A stretch of 63,835 nucleotides of DNA, the filler included, from Perkinsus chesapeaki ATCC PRA-425 (lineage: Eukaryota > Protista > Perkinsozoa): NCBI GenBank assembly GCA_013115145.1. It is 13 parts of 13 records of this genome, joined end to end, with 100 filler letters (N's around TTAATTAATTAA, not from the genome) between each part and the next. Parts side by side here need not be neighbours in the genome. Positions count along the whole stretch, not along the records: positions 47,804 to 50,669 come from JAAPAO010001507.1; positions 50,770 to 58,285 come from JAAPAO010001023.1; positions 58,386 to 61,975 come from JAAPAO010001386.1; 10 more parts are not named here. The stretch is one strand, 5' to 3'. The position numbers were made by a program, and so were the translations under genes. Below the pieces are notes generated by a model. It made no database searches. It was given only the letters and a program-made list of their open reading frames with translations, and was not told where the DNA came from. Below, piece after piece: positions 48,318 through 59,859 of the stretch (the stretch's first letter is position 1; each line of letters starts with the position of its first letter).

Positions 48318-49991
48318 CATGAACCCTCAGCAAGATCCGATTAGGTTACTTGAAGGCTTGCTTGAGCAGCTCAGAAGTGGTGCTCCGTCAGATCCACCAC
48401 AGGCGCCACCCCGCAAGCCAGGGAGAGGTCCTGCGGCGGTGTATGTTGAAGCATCAGATGAGGTCTTCCCCACACTGCAGGATGCAGAACGAGAGCTTTC
48501 CGGCCTAGCAGGATTACCAGCGGGCATGAAAATGATTGCCAATAACCAATATAGTAGAGGTATACAACGGTATAGATGCCCGTACCAGAGAAAAAAAGGG
48601 TGGGACAAATGCCCTTTTGCCATGAGGGTGGAAGCGGGATCCGACGGCAAGGGCTTCAGGATCTTCAGACACGAAGATCATCCACCTCACATTGAACTTC
48701 CCGGGGCTGAGGGCAGTGTGAACCGAAACCGAATACTATGCGACGAGGCCGTGAAAGTGGTTACTGTGAGCTGTCACAGTGGGGCTACCGCCAGAGGTAA
48801 ATTGAGTTTGCTCATCAACGGGATGTCGTGCGTGCACTATAAATTAGTCTATGATATAGTGTACTATAATGTAGTGAGCGACCATATCAGGCACATTCAA
48901 AGCGCTGCGAGAGGGGAAGCTCCTCCCTATCGATAAGCCCGTATCTGACCGTCAGCTAAAGAAGAGTATCTACAATCTGAGACATAAGGTTCGTCTGAAT
49001 AATCCAAGCAGACCGAGACCCAACTCCGCGGCTTTAATCGACATCGACATCTTCTGCAGAGAACACGAGGATGTGCCACTCGATCCCCATGAAGCCTTTT
49101 GTCTGTCCTTCTCACCCGCCAGTGATATTGGCACAGTGCAAGAGGCCAAGGACTCGGGTATCGACATGTGGTATTACTTCACTACTCCGTTTCTCCTTGA
49201 ACGAGGCTGCAACTACTCTACTCTCTGCATGGACTACACACACTCTCTGTCTTACTGTCCGTTTCCGACTGTGTTGGTCGGAGGTATAACACCTCCCGGG
49301 TCATTTCATATCATAATGATGGGGGTAACCCTCCATGAAAACTCGGCATCTATCGAAATTGGTCTGCGGGCTCTCCTGGAGAAGGCAGCCACTCGGGACC
49401 TGACCTATGCTCCAATGGGCCTTCTATGCGATTCAGCGCCATGTTTCACGGCCGGATTCTCAAGAGTAAGGTTCTGTTGTGGTTGAACCACGGTGGTTCG
49501 GTGCTGAAACTCGGAGTGAACTCTGATCGTTTATGCTGATTTAGGTTTTCGGAGAATGCCGGGCTCTGGGGCTAAGCAATGACCTGGCCATACAGCAGCC
49601 ATCCAACTCCGGAGCGGATGGCCTCAGAGCTCGACTGTACTGCTACGTGCATATGTGGAGACAGACCCTCCGACACACAGCACCGATGCTGAGAAACTCT
49701 GCTTGCAATAAAGAGCAATACGAGGCGCTTCGTCTCGAGTTGAAGCACGATGTGCTGAGTCTTCAGCGTGTGCCAGAAGAATACCATTTCCCAATCCTTG
49801 CCAAGTTGCTGGCCGTCAAGTGGACTGCCATTCATGCAGAGGCGTGGGCATATTTTAGTAAAACGTGGCTTATTCAGTATGGGAACTGGTACCAAAAATG
49901 CAGTAACGATATAGTCCCTCCCACCATTGGAAGAACTTCCAATGGTGTGGAGGGAACGAACGCCGCCCTCAAACGAGGTAATTTATCCTAA
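48318..49991 (+). mobile_element. MULE/Mutator-like transposase, spliced or degenerate
   Basis: WRKY/FLYWCH-like YRCP...CPF.M...H..H, then LCMDYTH, LLCDSAP...AGFSRV and W.Q...GRTSNGVEGTNAALK. Confidence 0.8.
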
Positions 49992-50669
49992 TGGTTTTCT
50001 GAGGATTGTCAAAGATCATAAAACTCTTCTAATGTTTGATTATTCCTCAGGAGGTATCAACGTCAACCTCTCATTAAGCTCGCTATTGTCAGAGGTCATG
50101 AGTGCTTTATCCGATTACTCCACACTTGGCTCGATTGAGGAACCAGAGGAGTTCAAGCCATCTCGCGATCAGGTTATGCACGGATTTCGGTAATAATTGA
50201 ATCTGGATTATACTTATCGGGGAGTTAGCTCGCAGTGAATTTTAGCTGACTCTTAAGTTAACAGTGTTAACGCTAGCCTAGTTTTACGACGTTAGGTGTA
50301 GATTGATGGCACACCTAAAGTGTAGCACATGTATACAGTATACTACCGAGTGGTTCACGAGCCGTTTGCCAATGTTAATTCTGAACTGATGTCAAATTGA
50401 CATTGTCGATCCTCGGTAAATCCAGTTGTATATTGTCTACTCTCGCACTTTAAAGTAGCTGCACGTGAACGAATTCTACGTGTCACGCGTAACGTGTACC
50501 AAGAGCGCCCCTAGTACGCCTAAATGAAGTACTCAATCTTCGATTGAGTATAGAATGGCAATCTTTTCCGACCAAAAAGTATGATTGACGGCCTCACTCT
50601 GTTCAGATGGACCCGGTCAAAGGTTGTGCGTAAGGGGCTGATATTCTTGGATTCGGAACCTACGACATC

Positions 50670-50769
50670 NNNNNNNNNNNNNNNNNNNNNNNNNNNNNNN
50701 NNNNNNNNNNNNNTTAATTAATTAANNNNNNNNNNNNNNNNNNNNNNNNNNNNNNNNNNNNNNNNNNNN
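50670..50769. other. Artificial contig linker
   Basis: N44-TTAATTAATTAA-N44. Confidence 0.98.
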
Positions 50770-50869
50770 CTGGGGACGCGCCACCGAACAGAGCTTTCAC
50801 CCTCCTTAAAAGTCCTGAGTATGTTAAACTATTGAATAGCATTGTGGAGTTAATATTCGCTTTTATTTC

Positions 50870-51979
50870 ATGCCTCTATCAGCGGGTGCTTACGAACTAG
50901 TTCAATATCACTGTGATCGTGATGGCCTTCTTGAGAAGATTGTTGAGGTTCTCGAAGGCCAGGGAATTGATCAGGTTATCCTGCTCTCGACTTTGACCGC
51001 TGATAGTATCATGGCGCTTCAAAACAAGGTGGCTAAGGATGAGTTGGCTGATAAAGCGATCCTAATGATTAGGACCTAATCGGTTCCTAATTGAGTGCGT
51101 GTCAAAAAGCGGCTGCCTTCCAAGTTGATCTCGCGGCTGCTGGTCAAAGAGCAACCACTCAATTGAAGGATGTATCTGATACTAATGCACAGATGAAGAA
51201 GAGAATCGGTGTTCTCAAGTCGGTTTATGGTATGCCAGAACTAGGACCGGATCTGCTTCCTCCGGTTGATGTTTGGAAGAAGCTTAATCTCAATCCGGGG
51301 ACTTACATTGACTTTCGTAAGGATTTGTTGCCGTTGTGTAGACCTTCTGAGGATTTGGCCCGTTCGGTGAATGTGGATATCGTGGTTAATGATGTTCCTC
51401 AACATGTTAGTTTCAGCAGTGAACAGGCCACGAACCCTAAGCGCTCAACTATGGGTGGCGCATCTTGGATGTTGTGCTTCCAACGCTATTCGGTGGCACT
51501 TCTGCTAGCTATGGTAGATCCAAGGGAAAATGCTGCCCCCAAGGACGTTGACCCTTTCATGTTGCAAGTATACGGCTGCTGAGTGACTGGATACGGCCTC
51601 TCTCTATGGCTGGGAGCTGGCCCAGGAGGTTGATGTGCGGTTCCGTAAATTCGTTAGCCACGCTTATCTAGAGGCTTCTGTGTCTCTCAGGAAGCTTTTC
51701 GATGATTCCATTAAGTTTCGTCAGATAAAGCTGGATTGCCGTCTTGCCGCCAAAGATAAAGTGCTGAACTCCTCTCCTACTGAAGTCGCTGGTAAGCGCG
51801 ATAGATCTGATGACACGTACAAAGCTTGTTCAAAGAACAAGCGACGCTTTGGCAAGGGCCTGTGTTATGATTTTCTGGCTGGGAAATGCCAGAGAGGGGA
51901 CAACTGTAAATTCATGCATAGCAAGCCTGATTCGGCCAAGAACCAAGCATCAAGAGCAGCTAAAGATAATAAGAAGTAA
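50870..51979 (+). pseudogene. Gag-like ORF1 with a CCCH zinc finger, frameshifted
   Basis: Three consecutive ORF pieces, the last ending in CYDFLAGKCQRGDNCKFMH (C-x7-C-x5-C-x3-H). Confidence 0.65.
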
Positions 51980-52390
51980 TGTGATGAATGACTTGACTCT
52001 ACGGTGTGCGTCGGTTATGAAACTTGTGGGGTAGTCTTATTTGAAGCTTAGTTTCTAGTGTTCTAGATCACTTGTGTTGGTTCCCTGTCAAGTCATGCTG
52101 CGAAATGGCGTGAAAGAGGTCAGGGGTCTGGATCCTATGAACAATTGGTTGCTTGTCGTAGTTCTAGACTCGTACAAGGCAACGTTCAGCGGGGGATCCA
52201 GGTATTGATTGTCGTTTATCGCTGTTTCGAAATGACAGCGGGCATATTCGGAATCAGTACGGGAGCGAGCGGTTTTTCAGAGGCTCACTTGGTTGCGAGT
52301 GTTCGGTTAGAATAGCTCGCATGTTATATCACTCCGGTTTACTATTTTGCATGTGTTAGTACAATATTGTTAGAGTTAAACTCGTTATAA

Positions 52391-54619
52391 ATGTGCATTC
52401 TTCTACTCGTTTCTTTCACTGTAGCCTTGCATCTGGCAAGCCGTATTCTTGTCAGGCTGGTAACCTCCGGTTCGCCTGGTCAACCCTCTATTATTAGCGA
52501 TATGTGGGGCTTGGCTTCTAAAACTCTCAAAGAGTGTGAAGAAAAACAGGCAGAGGAGTTGCTGACTTTGGTGGACGGCATGGGTGTGGACTCTGTGGTT
52601 AACCAAAGCCGGGTGGCCAATCGGTCTTCTAAGGTTGAGGCCTTAGGTGAAGCCATCCAGAGGGTGGTTGGGTTGATATCGGCATCCCATGTGGGAGAAG
52701 AAATAAGGAATTGGATATCCTTGTCCAGGGATCAGCAAGCCCAATCCCATATGTGGGAGGATGTGAAGTCAGAACTCCACTCATATGCCGATTCCCTGAG
52801 ACGTGAGTGGGCCCAGATCTTGAAAGTGAGTGATCAGAAGGTTAATGTTGGTGGGGATATTCGAGCCCCGCTAATGAAAGCAGTATTGCAAGCTATGCAA
52901 GAAGAAACGGATCGACCTTTGGACTATCCATTTATGGATTTGGTGGATTCGGGTATACCGTTGGGGACTACTTGTGATGTGCCACCAACAAAGTGCTGGA
53001 AGGATAGATCCGAACCTTCGAAGCATACATGGTACCCCGTCACGCGTGAGGTATGGACAAACTATATTTCAGCTGAAGACTTTGCTGTCGAAGTGAAGTC
53101 TGCGTTGGCACGTGCCAACTTGGCACGGGAAGTGTCCTTGGGCAGGATGGAAATGATTGGCTCTAATGAGGTGCACCGCATACAGGGGGTCAATCGCCTA
53201 GCTTGTATTCCAACGTGCGATGACGCTGGTAGGTTGAAGAAAGTGAGATTGGTCGATGATTTTCGGCGGAGTGGTATAAATAGTGTTATTGATCCACATC
53301 TCTCGCAAACCTTGGTGCTACCTACTATAAGATCTGTAGCCCTAACGGCACAATACTGTGTATTGGAGGCTCAGGCACGTGGTGATAGTTCCCCGTTGCT
53401 CTGGTTAGAATCGGATGTGAAATCTGCTTTTAGAATATTGAGAATCAAAGTAGAGGATACTTGGTACTGTACCAATGTTGTCGATAACCAGCGATATAGA
53501 AACCTGGCCCTAGCGTTTGGCGCACAATCTGCGTCGTACCTGTTTGTACGATTGTCGGCTAATGCAGGAAAGATCGTGGTCCGCATACTCCAATATTGTA
53601 ACGTGTACAGTGGATTGGTCCTCTATATCGACGATCGGGGTTGTCCTACTACAGTTAAAACGGCCCTTACAACTATATTGGTCGCTATATTAGTCGACTT
53701 ATTGTGCGGTATAGATATTTCTTGGGAGAAGCTGTTCTGTAGTAGGCAACCGAGGTGCCTTGGCTATTGTTTGGACTTACACTCTATGCGCCTTCTCCTA
53801 CCCGAGGACAAACGAAGGAAAATATTGGAAGCCCTTAAATTGGTTGGTACTAGCTCTGTACCAGTTGAAGTCTCTACAATTGATACTCTGCTTGGGAGAT
53901 TGGTTTGGGCATCTACTTCCTTTTGTCGCCTTCGTTGTCATCTACGCCCGTTCTTCAGCACAATCAAGGTTGCCAGAAAGAAGAATCTTAAGCGAGTATG
54001 GATCGGGAAGGCACTCAAGCAGGCGGCAGGTTATATTGGTCGGGTTTTTGAGTCATTATGTGCATCGCCTTTCAATAGCCTGGTACCCAGTATGGGGTGC
54101 AGGAGAGCTATTATCATGTGCGATGCGTCTACTGTAGCGCTTGGTGGTGTAATCTTGAGAGATTCAACTATATTGTGGTATCATGTAGTACTTAGTAGTC
54201 CCGCTGCCTGTGCAATGTTGGCTGCTTTTATCCCGGGCTTTGAAGACTCTACTACAAAGGTGGAATCTTCACATGTTTGCTTCTTAGAATTACTCGCTTG
54301 CCTCCTTGGTATATTGTCATTGCCGCTATTTACTTCTTGTCTCGTAATATCGGATAATAGTGCAGCTGTGCAGGCAGTTTGTCGCCATCGTGCGAAGGCT
54401 GAATCGATGGCTGCCCTGATGAGAAGGTTTGTGGTACTTCGCCCAGATACTACTACTGAGTCAAGCAAGGCTATGCATGTAAACGGAGTGGCCAATACTG
54501 TGGCAGATCTCGTATCCCGCAGTTCTGTTATTCATGCGCGAGAATTCTTTGCAACAGTCCCTGAGGCACGTGAAATAGATGTGTACTATAAGATGTGTGA
54601 GCTAATGGAGGATTATTAG
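52391..54619 (+). CDS. DIRS-type reverse transcriptase / RNase H
   Basis: KVRLVDDFRRSGIN, SDVKSAFR, LAFGAQSAS, LYIDD; RNase H MCDAS...FLELLA...SDN...NTVADLVSR. Confidence 0.92.
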   Translation: MCILLLVSFTVALHLASRILVRLVTSGSPGQPSIISDMWGLASKTLKECEEKQAEELLTLVDGMGVDSVVNQSRVANRSSKVEALGEAIQRVVGLISASHVGEEIRNWISLSRDQQAQSHMWEDVKSELHSYADSLRREWAQILKVSDQKVNVGGDIRAPLMKAVLQAMQEETDRPLDYPFMDLVDSGIPLGTTCDVPPTKCWKDRSEPSKHTWYPVTREVWTNYISAEDFAVEVKSALARANLAREVSLGRMEMIGSNEVHRIQGVNRLACIPTCDDAGRLKKVRLVDDFRRSGINSVIDPHLSQTLVLPTIRSVALTAQYCVLEAQARGDSSPLLWLESDVKSAFRILRIKVEDTWYCTNVVDNQRYRNLALAFGAQSASYLFVRLSANAGKIVVRILQYCNVYSGLVLYIDDRGCPTTVKTALTTILVAILVDLLCGIDISWEKLFCSRQPRCLGYCLDLHSMRLLLPEDKRRKILEALKLVGTSSVPVEVSTIDTLLGRLVWASTSFCRLRCHLRPFFSTIKVARKKNLKRVWIGKALKQAAGYIGRVFESLCASPFNSLVPSMGCRRAIIMCDASTVALGGVILRDSTILWYHVVLSSPAACAMLAAFIPGFEDSTTKVESSHVCFLELLACLLGILSLPLFTSCLVISDNSAAVQAVCRHRAKAESMAALMRRFVVLRPDTTTESSKAMHVNGVANTVADLVSRSSVIHAREFFATVPEAREIDVYYKMCELMEDY

Positions 54620-54824
54620 TATTATCACAGCATCTTACCGTCTAATTTCGCTAACTCATATCTGACTATTGATTTGAGTTCTGTTGATTTCCTATGTACT
54701 CAAGTCAGGAAAGAGTCCAAGGGGGATGCGTCATAAGATAAATTACCTCTTATTGAGAAACAGATTTCCTGTTAGTAAATGTTTCGGCCCTCGACTCGCT
54801 GTCAGGCGGAGCTGGTGAATTTCT

Positions 54825-56282
54825 TTGACTGCGGTTATTATGGTGGAAATGTACAAGGAGATATTTCACAAGATAACTCCGGGATATTCAAAAGGACCAC
54901 ACAGTCAAAGGAAACGCAGCCAGGGCCAACGAGAAATACAAATGATTTGTATTTCCCGATTTGTAACAAATCGGCAACCAACGCGTGGGTCATTTGAACT
55001 TGCTGCAGAGGCAGCCCGTCAATTAACATTTGCTGACTTGATTACATTTGGTAACCATGCGAGGAGCCCTGACACGATAAGGAAGTATACCAATATTAAA
55101 AATAGATACGAGGGAATAGTTAAAGCATCCGGAAGGCAGCCCCAGCCACTAACTGGTGAAAACCTTTGTGTTTTTGTTATATCCTTGGTTAGGGGTCGCT
55201 ATGCTTATGAAACTATAGATCAGTATGTGAGAGTAACTAAGCAGCTGGCTCGTGAAGAGCACGGGGTTATCATCATTGTAATAGAACAGCAAACTGTAAA
55301 ACTATTCCTCCGAGCCGCGGAAAAATTATGTGCGCAGTCAGGCATCAATCAACAAAAACGTGCTGTCACACTGAATATTGATGAGGTTAAGGCCCTAGCT
55401 CGGCTGGGACCCCAAGCAAATTATGTGGTTGTGAGTGCAATGCTAATTGGTATTGCTGGATTGCTTAGGGTTGGGGAGCTGTTGAATATAAAGGTTGAGG
55501 ATATAAAGATCGAAGCCAGGTTACCTCAAAGAGCCATTCTAACTATGACTCGGAGTAAAACTGACCAGCTGGCTCGGGGTGAAAAGATAGGCTGCTGTTG
55601 CAGCGAAGCTGGAGAATCTTCTTTGGATAAAAATATAGACCCTATATGCCCACTCCATAGGATAATTACGATGATTGGTTTGGCTCAATCAAATATGACA
55701 TCCCATCTAGTACCATTAGAGAGAAGTCATTTCTCAGGCGAAGTAACTAAGATTCTGAAGCTCATTTTGAGCGAATCAGCGGGAACAGAAAATAGATGGT
55801 CAACACATAGTCTCCGGCGTACCGGATGTCAATTATTACTTGACCAATATGTTGAAGAGAATCGCGTTGCCGAATTTGGACGATGGCGCTCAGCAACATG
55901 TATCCGAGAGCGCTATTCCCGGGAGGGGTGTTCATGTCCCATACACCGAAAACTCGTACACCTTCGACTCATGTCTCGAATACTCGTACATTTACGACCC
56001 GTACACCGAAAACCAATACACTTTCAACTCGTACACAAAATACCTATACACTGTAAACTCATACACATAATACTCATACATCGAATACTCGTACACATAA
56101 TACCAGTACATTTTAAACTCGTACACAGAATACTCGTACACTTTCAACTCGTACACCGAAAGCTCGTACACTTTCACTTCGTACACACCCCCACTTTTAA
56201 CCCGTACACCGTCATTTCGTACACTCTGCTAAAATTTTTAAAAATTTTCGCGCCGGCTTCGCCGGCGAGTCGCATACCTTGA
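54825..56282 (+). CDS. Tyrosine recombinase; residues after ~55925 are a repeat-derived tail
   Basis: LLRVGEL, RSKTDQ, CP, HSLRRTG and GRWRS...RY (R-K-H-R-W-Y set). Confidence 0.9.
   Translation: MTAVIMVEMYKEIFHKITPGYSKGPHSQRKRSQGQREIQMICISRFVTNRQPTRGSFELAAEAARQLTFADLITFGNHARSPDTIRKYTNIKNRYEGIVKASGRQPQPLTGENLCVFVISLVRGRYAYETIDQYVRVTKQLAREEHGVIIIVIEQQTVKLFLRAAEKLCAQSGINQQKRAVTLNIDEVKALARLGPQANYVVVSAMLIGIAGLLRVGELLNIKVEDIKIEARLPQRAILTMTRSKTDQLARGEKIGCCCSEAGESSLDKNIDPICPLHRIITMIGLAQSNMTSHLVPLERSHFSGEVTKILKLILSESAGTENRWSTHSLRRTGCQLLLDQYVEENRVAEFGRWRSATCIRERYSREGCSCPIHRKLVHLRLMSRILVHLRPVHRKPIHFQLVHKIPIHCKLIHIILIHRILVHIIPVHFKLVHRILVHFQLVHRKLVHFHFVHTPTFNPYTVISYTLLKFLKIFAPASPASRIP
55939..56225. repeat. 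Tandem array of ~18 degenerate 15-bp units (core ACTCGTACAC)
   Basis: Units such as GAATACTCGTACACT and TTCAACTCGTACACC, loosely alternating as a 30-bp higher-order repeat. Confidence 0.9.
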
Positions 56283-56536
56283 AGGGATTGCCTTCCCTCA
56301 CTTAACCGTGAAGGACGGCCTCGCGGTCATGCCAAGGATTGAACTCGCGATCTCACGATTCACAGGCATTAAGTCTAACCTCTACGCCATATTGACCAAG
56401 AAAACCAAATTTGTTCAACGACCGCCTTTCGACTCTCCGAAAGGGACATTATGGTGTGCTTCGCTCCGCCAAGTTTGCAGCGCACGAAACAAGTTCGTTC
56501 AATCAATCCGCGTCGTATAATACGACTCGTATTGCT

Positions 56537-58285
56537 ATGTCACTTCCTCCGAATGAATACAAAGAAGAACGGAATTATAATCCGCTGCGCTTCTTAGAAG
56601 GTAAGGGTACAATCATTGTACTACAATGCTCGTTTATCGCTATATGAGCAACTGATTTAGGTTCTTCGGGAAGCGAGTCCGAATCTGATAACTGCTCATC
56701 TGATAACGAATTCTCTGATGTAGCGAGCGAGCTATCCGAGTCAGAAGTCGAAATGCATTGGAGATTTATACCTTCTACCCGGAAGTCTAAGCGGACTGGC
56801 AAGGTTGGCAAAATCGAGTGAGGATGGGTATAAATATTGGAGGCGTCCTACATCGAATACTAAAAGGGTGAGAACACTAATCTCATTCAAAGATTCAATA
56901 CTGTCAATAATTTACTCATCAATTGTCATAATATGATAGATCATGGTTCATAACGTCCTCTTCAGATAAGGTATGTTTGCGCAACAACAGGTTGCAAGTC
57001 CACCGCTTACACCGATGTTACTGGTGACGTGGATGAATCGCCTCTTGATGCTGAGGAAGTCCACGAAATCCTCGATGTGGACAGCGTGCAGGTCCATGAT
57101 CACTCCCCACCTGACGTGTAAAATATTGAAGTTTGTTCCCTCGTTGTTTATATGCTCATCTTTATCAGGTCGGATGGCTGGAATCGCGTATTAGCCCATC
57201 GAATAAAAGAAGTGATCCGCGAGCATCCATTCCAGTCCGCCTCGGCTGTTTACGACGAGGCTATCAAGATCGTTCCCAAAGATCTCCTTTTTCAAGTCGG
57301 AGGCCTAACACGCTTCAGCCCTTTAATATATCGACAACGTGCTCAGCATATGCCCCCCAACCCTAAGTCTACGGCTGAAATAGACTTCCCCGACGACCTG
57401 GAAGATGTATCTGGGGAATCATTCCTGCTCATAAACGAAATGGTGGCTAATGAGCGTATAGTCGTGCTCGCAACCAATTCAGCAATGCATCAATTTGTAG
57501 AAGCGAAGACTTGGATCGTCGATGGTACATTTAATGCTGCCGGAGGTATATTCCACCAGTTGTTGGTGTTCCACAAGCCTGGCTCACCAGTGAATACGCC
57601 ATTGATTTTTGCCTTCCTGGAGGGCCGGTCAGCTGCGACATATGAAAAGCTCATGTTTATGTTACACAGCAAATGTTTGAAGATATGCAAGAAAAAGCCG
57701 CAGGTTGAAACGGTAATAAGCGATTTCGAGGGAGGGTTCATCAAGACATTCGCTAAACGAGTGGGTCAAGTCCATCATCATCTCTGCCTTTTTCATTATT
57801 CCCAAAGTATCATGCGCCGCGTGGACAAGCTCCAACTGACTAGATATCATCGGAATAACAGTTATGGTTTTAGAACTTTATGTGATATGATGCGTGGTTT
57901 ACCCTTCGTGCCATTGGATCATCTCAAGCCAGCTTGGGAAGTTGTCGTTGATCATTTCGAGACCACCAAAGAGAACTACAGGCACACTGAGAGAGAGGCT
58001 GCGACCAAGCTCTTGGAATATTTCGATTCCACTTATGTGTCTGGAGATCCCGCTATCAGCAAGCCGCCCCTGTACCCTCCCCCGCAATGGAATGCTTCAG
58101 AGGTTGCAGCTGGCAAGTCTTCAAAGCACCGTACATCAAATATAGCTGAATCCTTTAATCGCAAGATTAATAGGAGGTTAGGCTCCCATAACCAGTCTTT
58201 CTTTTACACTGCGTTCATATTGTTGGAATTACATAACCAAGCTCAAATTGATTTGCAACGAGCTAAGCTGGGTGACAAGCAGCGA
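56537..58285 (+). mobile_element. FLYWCH-MULE transposase, spliced, cut by linker
   Basis: DGYKYW|IRYVC...C...HDH, then WIVDGTF...QL, FAFL.G...Y, ISDFE, CLFHYSQ and RTSNIAESFNRKIN. Confidence 0.9.
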
Positions 58286-58385
58286 NNNNNNNNNNNNNNN
58301 NNNNNNNNNNNNNNNNNNNNNNNNNNNNNTTAATTAATTAANNNNNNNNNNNNNNNNNNNNNNNNNNNNNNNNNNNNNNNNNNNN
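58286..58385. other. Artificial contig linker
   Basis: N44-TTAATTAATTAA-N44. Confidence 0.98.
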
Positions 58386-58386
58386 T

Positions 58387-59268
58387 GGTTCTAGTAAAAA
58401 TCCATTCTTCCACATTGAGATTATCTTGGAAGAATTTCGCTTGGGTTTTCAATTCTTCTTTTTCTCCCGCGAAATCTTCTTTGAAAATGATTATTTCAGG
58501 GTCTAAGCGTGACTGTTACCTAATTTCAGCACCATCAATACCTTTGAGTTTTTCAATTGCAGACTCTGTATCAGAATCATTCCAAGGAGCTTTGACGATT
58601 ATGTTCTCACTTCTTTGGAGAACTCTATCTACCTTATACTTATCGAGTTTGCAACCCACACAGTTCTTAAGATCACTCATCTTTTGCTCCCTTTGTGCAA
58701 CGTCTTGCACTGGAGTTTTCAGTTTTATCACAACTGTTTTAACGTCCTTTGTTCTGGACGGAGTAAGCGACCCATTTCTTGGGAGCATTTTGGTTGTTTG
58801 AGCTGTCCCCAGGACATCCCTATAAGCCCTTCGGGGTTCGAATTTAGATAAATCAGTAGAATTAGCCTTATCTAACTTGATTCTCAAATCTCTATTTTCC
58901 TCAAGAATTTCAATGTATTGTTCCTTAATCACCCTTGCGGACTCTTGCAATCTGGCGCCGAATGAATCAGAGAGAATCCGACCGCTATTGAGACATTCAT
59001 TCACAACATCCTCGATCTCGCGTACTAAATCCTTAACGGGCACATATCCATTTGTAAAACTAGCCAACCCATCGCTAGCGGCCCCGTCGCTTGCGACACT
59101 ACCGTCCTGCTCGTTTGCTTCTTCGGATTCAAGATCCTCATCATCCAAGTCTTCCTCATCGGCCCAGCTTAGCTTGTTCTTCTTCAGTCCAGTAATATTC
59201 GGCGACGGGGAGGCACGAGAGCGTTTGCCGCGCTGGGTTGGAGTCTTCCCAGACGGCGGAATTGGCAT
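58387..59268 (-). pseudogene. Non-LTR retrotransposon ORF1 (gag-like), premature stop at 58516-58518
   Basis: Basic/acidic N-terminus, coiled coil, YRDVL, VVIKLK, IIVKA; the frame resumes after TAA (QSRLDPEIIIF...) up to the linker. Confidence 0.6.
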
Positions 59269-59729
59269 GTTTTAAGTTGTTAGTTGAAAAAAAATCCAAC
59301 TTGAGCCAAATCACAACCGTTACAAAACGACATACTTGACGATGACAATGTCATGACATCATTCAATAGAATGGGTTTCCAAAAATTCCAGGCACATCAT
59401 TTGTGCCCGATATAGGCACTTGGGGCACTAACGGCCCCTAGATTTGCCTTGGGTCACTTGCTGCTTTGACATGGATACCTAAACCGAAACCTCTTCCCGC
59501 TCAACTTTTGGAGTGTGTTCGGGTTTCGGCTTTGAGTATTCCTCCCGCACTCCCGTGTTCGATGGGATTTTACTATACTGTTATTGTCACTGTATGGTTC
59601 ACTCAGAAGAATGTAACTGGTGTTAAGAGACCCTACTCCTCCAGGAGGAGTAGGGTATCTTAACAGGAGGAGTCCTCCTAGCAGATTTCGCTTACGCTGC
59701 GTAAGCGAAATCCTTGTCGAGTTTGGGAG

Positions 59730-59830
59730 TATGCGACGAAATTGAAGTTCCTATACGCGAAATTGTTTTCACTAAAGTTGCGAAATTGTATTTCGTAGAC
59801 AAGTGTAGCGAAATTGAAGTTCCTGAAGCA
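59730..59830. repeat. Four spaced CGAAATTG motifs (probable transposon subterminal repeats)
   Basis: CGAAATTG occurs four times; GAAATTGAAGTTCCT occurs twice. Confidence 0.6.
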
Positions 59831-59859
59831 CCTCCCAGGGTATATTGAAGTTACTAAAG

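Larger units (their letters stand above)
50770..55925 (+). mobile_element. Tyrosine-recombinase (DIRS/Ngaro-like) retrotransposon
   Basis: Order gag-like ORF, RT/RNase H, YR. Terminal repeats are not visible. Confidence 0.88.

Noticed and set aside
55939-56225. Possible CRISPR-like array
   Set aside because: The period is only 15 bp, the variable parts are ~5 nt and recur, and there are no cas genes; this is a tandem subterminal repeat.
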